Shown one piece after another: positions 24,966 through 31,057 of a stretch of 37,359 nucleotides of DNA (positions within the stretch are counted from its first letter, which is position 1; every line of letters begins with the position of its first letter). Location of the stretch: IMG/VR virus record IMGVR_UViG_3300042786_000001; one strand, written 5' to 3'. The notes beneath the pieces are model-generated. The model searched no databases. It was not told the DNA's origin and worked only from the letters and a program-made list of their open reading frames with translations. The position numbers and the translations under genes were made by a program. Source of the DNA: a virus.

Positions 24966-25994
24966 CTAATAGTTTTCTACTTTATATTCTCTGCTAGAGT
25001 TATAATCATATTTACCATTTTTGAAGTTAACTATTCCATAACCATACTCCCACTTGTTACCCTTAGCATCTTTATTTCTAAACTCTACATCTTTATCTTC
25101 TATACAGCCAAACTCATAGCCATATCTGCCAAATGCTTCAGCATTACCCAGCCTGTGAGTGTGTCCTATGCCAACAGCTTCAAAGTTAGCAAACTCTTTC
25201 TCGTGTCTGCGTTTAATTAGATGCTTAATAACATTCTCGACCGATCTCATAGTTACTTTGGAATATCTGGAAGGATGAGCAAATACAAAATCTCCTAGCT
25301 GCATAAACCAATGATTAACATATTCTACATTATCAAAGTATCTAACTATTTCAGTAAGCGGTTTGTGCTTCTCCATTAAGAATCCGTTAAATCCAGTTAC
25401 AATTTTATTCTTAAAGTATCTAGTCAATCTGTATTCGTGATTTCCGTTAATGATGTAAATTTTTTCAAATATACTTGCTAACTTATTCATTATCTTATAT
25501 CCCATTTTATATTCATCACTCACATCAATATTTTTAGATTGACCGTAGAATGAAATGGAATCATAATCTAAATAATCGCCAGCAATAACTAATATATCTG
25601 CATCTTGATGCTGGTGGATAATTGCTTCTAATACATTAACATTAGTCTTAGGAATGTGCAAGTCATTGATAACCAACACTTTAACATCTTTGTTGCCATA
25701 TTCCTCTTTAAATTGGCTCATAACCTGCTTAATATGTTCTTTTTCCTCTTTATAAGTAGAGTCTAAGTCCTCATCATATAAGTCTGCAAATATACCCTTG
25801 CCTCGCTTGTTAGGAATATAATCTATAATTGGACTTCTTCTAATTCTATTTCTAGTGGAATCCAAAGTAAATTCTTTAACTTCACCATATTCTTTATTTA
25901 AGACTTCATTAATCGCTGAATAATTATTGCCATACTTATCATATAAATCTGCTAATTTCTTTTCTATTTTAGGATGGTCATCCCATCTAAACAT
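24966..25994 (-). CDS. Calcineurin-like metallophosphoesterase with an N-terminal extension of about 95 aa
   Basis: 342 aa. The motifs occur in order: VLVINDLHIP (DxH), VIAGDYLD (GDxxD), INGNHE (GNHE) and GIGHTH (GHxH). Confidence 0.75.
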   Translation of the reverse strand: MFRWDDHPKIEKKLADLYDKYGNNYSAINEVLNKEYGEVKEFTLDSTRNRIRRSPIIDYIPNKRGKGIFADLYDEDLDSTYKEEKEHIKQVMSQFKEEYGNKDVKVLVINDLHIPKTNVNVLEAIIHQHQDADILVIAGDYLDYDSISFYGQSKNIDVSDEYKMGYKIMNKLASIFEKIYIINGNHEYRLTRYFKNKIVTGFNGFLMEKHKPLTEIVRYFDNVEYVNHWFMQLGDFVFAHPSRYSKVTMRSVENVIKHLIKRRHEKEFANFEAVGIGHTHRLGNAEAFGRYGYEFGCIEDKDVEFRNKDAKGNKWEYGYGIVNFKNGKYDYNSSREYKVENY

Positions 25995-26006
25995 ATTTAC
26001 CCCTCT

Positions 26007-26186
26007 CTATAAAACTGTGCCTATAATCTGCCAACTGTCATTAACTTTTGTATAAATGTGAATTGCACCATAACTCTCAATTTGTTCAATTTTGAGCCAA
26101 CCCCGGCGATAACCCTCTAGATGCTGTGGAAAGTTTTTCTTAATATATTGAATAACATTATAATCATCTCGTTGATAATCATACAT
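26007..26186 (-). CDS. Small hypothetical protein (59 aa from the internal start)
   Basis: The ORF track gives 26007..26243, but that N-terminus would overlap the tRNA at 26214..26289. The ATG at 26186 (MYDYQRDDYN...) has AAAGGAG 8 nt upstream. Confidence 0.5.
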   Translation of the reverse strand: MYDYQRDDYNVIQYIKKNFPQHLEGYRRGWLKIEQIESYGAIHIYTKVNDSWQIIGTVL

Positions 26187-26213
26187 ATTGTAGACTCCTT
26201 TGAAGTGTATTAT

Positions 26214-26289
26214 TGGTACTCCCCGTGGGATTCGAACCCACACTTTACTGGGCTTAAACCAGTTATCTCTGCCGTTGGATTAGAGGAGT
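26214..26289 (-). tRNA. tRNA with anticodon UAA (Leu by anticodon) but a short 5-nt variable loop; CCA encoded
   Basis: Minus strand: ACTCCTC-TA-ATC-CAACGGCAGA-GAT-A-ACTGG-TTTAAGC-CCAGT-AAAGT-GTGGG-TTCGAAT-CCCAC-GGGGAGT-A-CCA. Features are an A1-U72 pair, a 3-bp D stem, G37 and discriminator A. Confidence 0.7.
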
Positions 26290-26290
26290 A

Positions 26291-26380
26291 TGGTGGAGGT
26301 GGTTGGAATCGAACCAACGCAATGGCCATCCCGGCTGACGGATTTACAGTCCGTTGCTTTTCCTACTTAGCTACACCTCC
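26291..26380 (-). tRNA. tRNA-Tyr (anticodon GUA), long variable arm, CCA encoded
   Basis: Minus strand: GGAGGTG-TA-GCT-AAGTAGGAAA-AGC-A-ACGGA-CTGTAAA-TCCGT-(19-nt variable arm CAGCCGGGATGGCCATTGC)-GTTGG-TTCGATT-CCAAC-CACCTCC-A-CCA. Confidence 0.85.
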
Positions 26381-26384
26381 ATAA

Positions 26385-26461
26385 TGGTACCCGCTGTGAG
26401 ATTCGAACTCACACTAAATTGCTTCTAAGGCAATTAACTCTGCCGATTGGTATAAGCGGGT
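26385..26461 (-). tRNA. tRNA with anticodon UAG (Leu by anticodon) but a short 5-nt variable loop and a poorly paired D arm; CCA encoded
   Basis: Minus strand: ACCCGCT-TA-(TACCAATCGGCAGAGTTA)-ATTGC-CTTAGAA-GCAAT-TTAGT-GTGAG-TTCGAAT-CTCAC-AGCGGGT-A-CCA. The acceptor, anticodon and T arms pair perfectly. Confidence 0.65.
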
Positions 26462-26550
26462 ATTGTTAGCAGGAGCGATCAATTTACCACTCCTGCTGAA
26501 AGGGGGATAAAACGAAAAGCTCTTTACATAGCTATTCACTCTATACCTAC

Positions 26551-26580
26551 ATTATATCATACTTTGCTAATTTAAGTGAA
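26551..26580 (-). promoter_or_regulatory. Candidate promoter for the tRNA trio: TTCACT, 18-nt spacer, TGaTATAAT
   Basis: The minus strand reads TTCACTtaaattagcaaagtatgaTATAAT. The -35 is at 26575..26580 and the -10 at 26551..26556, with an extended -10 TG. It lies in the gap between 26602..27153 and the tRNAs. Confidence 0.5.
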
Positions 26581-26601
26581 ATATATTGCATATTTGTTGC
26601 A

Positions 26602-27153
26602 TTAATCATATAATATTTCATCAACTCCAAATTCATCAACTAAATAAATATTTCCGCTTGCAACTGACTTTGCTAAATAAAACATTGCTTCATCATTCTC
26701 ACTATACTCCTTTCCACAAACTACATGCTCAATACCGTCTACGCTAATGAAATTATCCCCAACTTCTAACTCATCTTTCTTTTTAAGTGGCGATAAACTT
26801 TTTTCACTTACTATACAATTAAAATATTCTTCATCATATAAATATTGACCTTCAATAGCATAATTTAATTTTCCTTTATTTTTACTTATTCCAAAAATTT
26901 TAACTTTGTATTTGTTTCCAAGTACATTTTCAAATAAAACCTCATCGCCGACTTCAAATTTATTAGCCGGTTCAAAATCTTTTGGTCGCCAACCATATTC
27001 TATTCCTTCTAACAAAATACAACCACTTTTTATTATTTTCTTAATAGTAAATATTTCTCCTTTTTTTATTGGAGAGCCAAATATTTCTGTTCCATCTGGC
27101 ATATTTGTGTTAAGTCTAACTTTCATTCCAACTTCACAATCTTCAATTTTCAT
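26602..27153 (-). CDS. Hypothetical protein, paralog A of a pair (183 aa)
   Basis: It shares MKIEDC.VG, IFGI, YAI, L.PLKKKD.LEVGD.F and the C-terminal (E/I)(I/L)Y(D/E) with 27974..28537. Three x-V-G-D-x-(V/F) segments are spaced about 60 aa apart. Confidence 0.6.
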   Translation of the reverse strand: MKIEDCEVGMKVRLNTNMPDGTEIFGSPIKKGEIFTIKKIIKSGCILLEGIEYGWRPKDFEPANKFEVGDEVLFENVLGNKYKVKIFGISKNKGKLNYAIEGQYLYDEEYFNCIVSEKSLSPLKKKDELEVGDNFISVDGIEHVVCGKEYSENDEAMFYLAKSVASGNIYLVDEFGVDEILYD

Positions 27154-27156
27154 TTT

Positions 27157-27522
27157 TTACCCCTCCATCATATTAAATAATTTTGATAATTTTTCAAAGC
27201 AATTGCTTTTCACATCAAAATACTTTCTTTGTTGATACCTAAAACTATCATCGCCCCACACTTCTTCATCTGGCACACTTCCTGGTGTCCACTTCCTCAA
27301 ATAAGGTTCTAACTCTAAATTATACAACTGTGTGATAATAAACAACTCATCATCATTAAGTGTTATTAACATCTTATCAACAGTATCCACAAAGTTTTTC
27401 TTCTGCTGCAAGTTGACTTCTTTATCTTTGAAAATATCATCAAACTTTTCATAAATTGTAATGTAATCGCAATAATTAATATATTGCTTTAATACTTTAT
27501 CGACCAATTCCTTATCCATCAT
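27157..27522 (-). CDS. Hypothetical protein; weak resemblance to sigma-like / ArpU-type phage regulators
   Basis: The start was moved to MMDKELV (AAGGTGA upstream). LNDDELFIITQLY and a C-terminal helical segment recall sigma region 4. This is by-eye recognition only. Confidence 0.4.
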   Translation of the reverse strand: MMDKELVDKVLKQYINYCDYITIYEKFDDIFKDKEVNLQQKKNFVDTVDKMLITLNDDELFIITQLYNLELEPYLRKWTPGSVPDEEVWGDDSFRYQQRKYFDVKSNCFEKLSKLFNMMEG

Positions 27523-27736
27523 TTTCACCTTCAATCTTGCTATATAAATAATGATGTAAATCATAGAATTTAGCTGCTAAATAAATTATTGGAGAAAGCA
27601 AACTAAAAACTATAAAAATAAATACATCTTGAAAAATAGATAACCATTCTTCTTTTATTGATTGAAATAATTCTGGTGTCATAAGCACTAACGAAATTCC
27701 AAAAAATAAATATACCAACATAAAAACACCCATCAT
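27512..27736 (-). CDS. Small membrane protein (74 aa from the ATG overlapping the upstream stop)
   Basis: Hydrophobic segments GVFMLVYLFFGISLVLM and IFIVFSLLSPIIYLAA. ATGA overlap with 27733..27981. Confidence 0.45.
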   Translation of the reverse strand: MMGVFMLVYLFFGISLVLMTPELFQSIKEEWLSIFQDVFIFIVFSLLSPIIYLAAKFYDLHHYLYSKIEGENDG

Positions 27737-27981
27737 AATCCCTTCTTCCACATTTTTTCGCACAACTTTATGTTCTCTATCGGATCAAGTCTTTCCTCAC
27801 ACTTCTCGCAGTCTAAACTATCAACTCTATCATCCTTAACATTGCACCACTCCACCTGATACTTATAGTGAATATTAGCACACCTTTTGTGGCTTGTAAT
27901 TGATTTGTGGAAGTGGCACAAACCTTTATTAGTAGTGAGGTTTGTACAACTATCAGCTGTGCATTCTGTATAATTATTCAT
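27733..27981 (-). CDS. Cys/His-rich putative zinc-binding protein (82 aa)
   Basis: CTADSC...GLCHFH...C...C...CEKC pattern. Confidence 0.5.
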   Translation of the reverse strand: MNNYTECTADSCTNLTTNKGLCHFHKSITSHKRCANIHYKYQVEWCNVKDDRVDSLDCEKCEERLDPIENIKLCEKMWKKGL

Positions 27982-28537
27982 AGATTATTTCTTCAATGTC
28001 TTCTGGAAACATTGTTTGTATAAGACCTTTACTCCCAGTATCATTTATTTTGCAAATATATTTCTTTTTATTATAAAAATCATCATAAGCAACAAATATT
28101 ATTCTAAACTCATAAAATTTATTTCTAAATTTATCCCCAACTTCTAACTGATCTTTCTTTTTAAGAGGCAATAAATCATGTTCAGCAACTATTTTATTCA
28201 CTCTTTTCTTTTTACCATAAGGCCCTTCATGGATGTAGCTAATAGCATATTCTTTTTTAAATTTATCCCTTTTTGGTGCAATTCCAAATATTACAGCTTT
28301 TTCTCTTGATTTAATAGTTTCACTGTCAAATGATTTATATATAACTTCATCATCAATATTGAATCTGTCAGAGGCACTAAAATTACTTGGGTCAAATTGT
28401 TTTCTCCAAACCACAATATAATTGTCTTTTTTATTAATTTCTTCTATAGTACCTTTATCACCTTCTTCAATATCTAAATACATATCAGTATAATTATGCT
28501 TAACTGTTTGACCTACATAGCAATCTTCTATTTTCAT
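27974..28537 (-). CDS. Hypothetical protein, paralog B of a pair (187 aa)
   Basis: See 26602..27153. It has the same N-terminal MKIEDC.VG, the central IFGI...YAI, and LLPLKKKDQLEVGDKF. Confidence 0.6.
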   Translation of the reverse strand: MKIEDCYVGQTVKHNYTDMYLDIEEGDKGTIEEINKKDNYIVVWRKQFDPSNFSASDRFNIDDEVIYKSFDSETIKSREKAVIFGIAPKRDKFKKEYAISYIHEGPYGKKKRVNKIVAEHDLLPLKKKDQLEVGDKFRNKFYEFRIIFVAYDDFYNKKKYICKINDTGSKGLIQTMFPEDIEEIIYE

Positions 28538-28722
28538 TATTTATCCTCCTTAATTTTAATATCAGAAGCTATATCCCAAGCTGATAATCCACCTATAATA
28601 AATAGCAACTCTCTAAACACATCATAACTGAATAAATTCCACACTCCATAACTAAATAATCCTATACCTGTTAAAAAGAATAACCAAAATAGTAATATGT
28701 TAAATATCTGCTTTACTTTCAT
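28537..28722 (-). CDS. Small two-TM membrane protein (61 aa from the internal start)
   Basis: The ATG at 28722 (MKVKQIFNILLFWLFF...) is preceded by AAGGAGGATAAGC. Confidence 0.5.
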   Translation of the reverse strand: MKVKQIFNILLFWLFFLTGIGLFSYGVWNLFSYDVFRELLFIIGGLSAWDIASDIKIKEDK

Positions 28723-29035
28723 GCTTATCCTCCTTAGCTGCATAAGCTATAATTGAATAACCAGCAATATCTTTGTTAGGGTCTTCATCCATCAAATCAC
28801 CTTTAGGATTGCTAAATATCCTCGCTTGCTTATCTATTACCCTTGCCTGCCTTGCTATAACATCAATCATTTCTTCTGGTATAGTGTATGTTCCATCGTC
28901 ATTGCTGTAAGGCTCTAAAAACACCTTTAATATGCGTTTTGTGTTGTTTATGCTATTTCCATATGCTTGATTTTTGCGGTCCACTAAAGCACCTATTCGC
29001 TGACCGATAGTTTCATATTTGATGTGGTTATTCAT
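28700..29035 (-). CDS. DUF1599 / all-alpha NTP-pyrophosphohydrolase (MazG-like) superfamily candidate
   Basis: 111 aa. KNQAYGNS, IDKQARI and DIAGYSIIAY follow the K..DYG...DK..R...D...Y pattern I associate with DUF1599. Confidence 0.4.
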   Translation of the reverse strand: MNNHIKYETIGQRIGALVDRKNQAYGNSINNTKRILKVFLEPYSNDDGTYTIPEEMIDVIARQARVIDKQARIFSNPKGDLMDEDPNKDIAGYSIIAYAAKEDKHESKADI

Positions 29036-29189
29036 TTCTATATTCCTCCAATTTAGCTTTTAGTTCTCCGATTAATTTATCAGCTTCTTCAATGTTTTTT
29101 TGGCCTTCAATTGTTGGATTAAGACTTTTGATTATTCCAAAAACACCTTGTAATAATAATATCCACACTTTGAGTTTAAGTTTTGTCAT
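29028..29189 (-). CDS. Small hypothetical protein (53 aa), below the ORF-track cutoff
   Basis: Own translation: MTKLKLKVWILLLQGVFGIIKSLNPTIEGQKNIEEADKLIGELKAKLEEYRNE. It overlaps both neighbours by a few nt. Confidence 0.4.
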   Translation of the reverse strand: MTKLKLKVWILLLQGVFGIIKSLNPTIEGQKNIEEADKLIGELKAKLEEYRNE

Positions 29190-29373
29190 TAAAATCAACT
29201 CTATCGTTTAAATATTCTAATATTTTATTTTCCATTAATCTTTCGTCATAACAACTAATTGTATCATCTAACACGACTTCTTCCACAAATAATTGTATAG
29301 CAAAATATAATTTATTTTTATTGACTTTAACACATCTTTCAGCTAATATTTTAGATACTTCTTCATTTCTCAT
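29176..29373 (-). CDS. Hypothetical protein (65 aa)
   Basis: ORF track. Confidence 0.45.
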   Translation of the reverse strand: MRNEEVSKILAERCVKVNKNKLYFAIQLFVEEVVLDDTISCYDERLMENKILEYLNDRVDFNDKT

Positions 29374-29833
29374 TATCTTCCCTCCAATGATGTAAACAAG
29401 TATAAGCTATTGCTATTGCATCGGCTTCATCTTTTTGCACATCCTCAATACCATACTTGCTGCACACTAATTTGTTAATATCATCTTTGCTGGCCCTACC
29501 ATCACCCGTAAATACTTTCTTAATATGTGCAGGTGTATAACCTCCTACTTCAATTTTACCATTCATTAACATTATTGCTCTGTATATTCCCAAAAAATTA
29601 GATGTACTTCTCAAAGTTTTTCTATTCGGACCATAAGGTTTTTCAAATCCAAAGTAATCAAAATCCTTTTCACGTAACTCATCAAAAAAATTGATAACAT
29701 TTAAATCCCTATCTGTGCCAGTTTTCTTAAATGTAAAATTACCACTCTCTATTAACTCATCATTTTCTGATATTATTGCCCATCCACAATGATTTGAGCG
29801 TGTGATACCGGGGTCAATTGCTAGTATATTCAG
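29363..29833 (-). CDS. ruvC: RuvC-like Holliday junction resolvase, full length only if initiated at CTG (29833..29831)
   Basis: The ORF track starts at TTG 29614 (83 aa). The frame is open 73 codons further upstream and encodes (L)NILAIDPGITRSNHCGWAII...GFEKPY. That region contains the catalytic Asp and Glu that go with the C-terminal KDEADAIAIA. GGGAGGA lies 9 nt upstream of the CTG. Confidence 0.65.
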   Translation of the reverse strand: MNILAIDPGITRSNHCGWAIISENDELIESGNFTFKKTGTDRDLNVINFFDELREKDFDYFGFEKPYGPNRKTLRSTSNFLGIYRAIMLMNGKIEVGGYTPAHIKKVFTGDGRASKDDINKLVCSKYGIEDVQKDEADAIAIAYTCLHHWREDNEK

Positions 29834-30080
29834 AAGCTTTTTCCTCCCATCTTAATTTAATTATTCCTTTATATTTTTTATTTTTATTTAACTTATTCTT
29901 AACTTTAATTGACTGCCTGCCGACTTTTGAAGCTGTCTGTATAATCATATAATTAAGTGTGAATACTTCTTTTGCTAATTCTTCTTCACCATCATTCATT
30001 AATTCATCTGCCAGCTTACTAAGTCTATTAACCTCCTCTTTATCAAAGAAATAATATACATTATCAGCTTTAAATTTCAT
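29814..30080 (-). CDS. Hypothetical protein (88 aa from the internal start)
   Basis: The ATG at 30080 (MKFKADNVYYFF...) is preceded by AGGGGTGG. The ORF-track N-terminal extension lacks an RBS. Confidence 0.5.
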   Translation of the reverse strand: MKFKADNVYYFFDKEEVNRLSKLADELMNDGEEELAKEVFTLNYMIIQTASKVGRQSIKVKNKLNKNKKYKGIIKLRWEEKASEYTSN

Positions 30081-30214
30081 ATAACCACCCCTTATAATTG
30101 AGAAGCAAGGCAATGTCTAACTGCTAGCCTCACAGTACCTCAACTTCTCAGTCGGCTAAAAATATAATAAAAGTTAATTGTTGGCACTTATTCTAATGTC
30201 GGTGTTTAATCTAA

Positions 30215-30601
30215 TTAGAAACTATCATCGAAATCATCAAAGCCATCAACTACATCATTTGAGTTTTGTTGAGTATTATTTGGCTTCTGTGAAAAGTTAA
30301 CTACTTTATCGGCGTTGATTTTCAGCTTGCTTCTTTTCTCGCCGTCACCATTTTCCCATCTATCCTGTCTTAATTCACCTTTAACCAATACTAAATCACC
30401 TTTTTTAGCATCCTTGTTATATTCAGCTTGCTTGTAATTACCTCTATCCCAAATAGTTACATCAATGAAATCTGTTTCATCACCATAACTTCTATTAACT
30501 GCCACTGTAACATTAGCAACACCACTTCCATTATTAGCATATCTCATTTCTGCATCTCTAACAAGATGACCTAAAATAAATACTTTGTTCATATTTGGCA
30601 T
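30215..30601 (-). CDS. ssb: Single-stranded DNA-binding protein
   Basis: OB-fold N-terminus MNKVFILGHLVRDAEMRY...VANVTVAVNR, a Gln/Asn-rich linker and the acidic tail DDFDDSF. The start was chosen at MPNMNKV (GGAGGGG upstream). Confidence 0.85.
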   Translation of the reverse strand: MPNMNKVFILGHLVRDAEMRYANNGSGVANVTVAVNRSYGDETDFIDVTIWDRGNYKQAEYNKDAKKGDLVLVKGELRQDRWENGDGEKRSKLKINADKVVNFSQKPNNTQQNSNDVVDGFDDFDDSF

Positions 30602-30619
30602 TTTACCCCTCCATTTTTT

Positions 30620-30667
30620 TACTAATCTTATTTCCAAATTTAGTATTTTTGCAAATAACTATCTCAC
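30620..30667 (-). promoter_or_regulatory. Promoter/operator-like element, copy A (upstream of ssb)
   Basis: Minus strand: TAGTTATTTGCAAAAATACTAAATTTGGAAATAAGATTAGTA. It is 37/43 identical to copy B and contains TTGCAA-18-TAAGAT and the inverted repeat TACTAA-N14-TTAGTA. Confidence 0.5.
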
Positions 30668-30838
30668 TGGACAACTTCCACCGCTTTCACAACTGCTTCC
30701 AACATCTCTTTCATCAACACTTAGCTTAATATCAACTTCTTCTTCAAGATTAGCATCACAATGCAAACAATAACCTCTGTGATTAGATGTTAACTTACCA
30801 CATTTAGGGCAGTTAACCATTTCAATTTCTTTGGACAT
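30659..30838 (-). CDS. Zinc-ribbon protein (59 aa from the internal start)
   Basis: The ATG at 30838 (MSKEIEMVNCPKCGKLTSNHRGYCLHCD...) is preceded by TAAGGAGGTGGAAT. Confidence 0.55.
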   Translation of the reverse strand: MSKEIEMVNCPKCGKLTSNHRGYCLHCDANLEEEVDIKLSVDERDVGSSCESGGSCPVR

Positions 30839-30850
30839 ATTCCACCTCCT

Positions 30851-30900
30851 TACTAATATTATTTTCATTTTTAGTATATTTGAAAATAACTATAAATCAC
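30851..30900 (-). promoter_or_regulatory. Promoter/operator-like element, copy B (upstream of the zinc-ribbon gene)
   Basis: Minus strand: TAGTTATTTTCAAATATACTAAAAATGAAAATAATATTAGTA. It has the same TACTAA-N14-TTAGTA inverted repeat and also starts at the TAG stop of the upstream gene. Confidence 0.5.
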
Positions 30901-31057
30901 GCCCCATATTATTTTCCCAAGCTGAGTCTAAAATTTTCTGCATTTCTATTACATCTTTTTTAATTTCAATTAACAATTCCCTTTCTTCTGCATTTGGATG
31001 TTTTCCTAATAATTCGTCTATTTTACCTAACGTGTCATATTTTTCTGGTAAACTCAT
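30890..31057 (-). CDS. Small hypothetical protein (55 aa), below the ORF-track cutoff
   Basis: Own translation: MSLPEKYDTLGKIDELLGKHPNAEERELLIEIKKDVIEMQKILDSAWENNMGRDL. GGGAGGAAAACAT lies upstream, with an ATGA overlap with the preceding ORF. Confidence 0.5.
   Translation of the reverse strand: MSLPEKYDTLGKIDELLGKHPNAEERELLIEIKKDVIEMQKILDSAWENNMGRDL

Noticed and set aside
26187-26243. N-terminal extension of the 26007..26243 ORF (MWVRIPRGVPIIHFKGVYN)
   Set aside because: It would be translated from the T-arm and acceptor sequence of the tRNA at 26214..26289. The internal ATG at 26186 has a proper AAAGGAG RBS.
26214-26461. The idea that the UAA/UAG-anticodon tRNAs are ochre or amber suppressors indicating stop-codon recoding
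   Set aside because: Read 5' to 3' at positions 34-36, the anticodons are UAA and UAG. These pair with the Leu codons UUA and CUA, not with stop codons. All three stop codons terminate well-supported genes in this genome (TGA at yopX, TAG at the chaperone, TAA at many others).
26469-26498. 8-bp hairpin AGCAGGAG-N14-CTCCTGCT between the tRNA promoter and the first tRNA, as a terminator
   Set aside because: No U-tract follows it on either strand, and it lies inside the presumed tRNA precursor leader. It could be a processing determinant, but I cannot support a specific call.
29814-29851. Translational frameshift fusing the 29814..30113 protein to RuvC
   Set aside because: The RuvC frame is +1 relative to the upstream gene, and there is no recognisable +1 shift site. 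A strong GGGAGGA at the correct distance from a CTG favours independent initiation.
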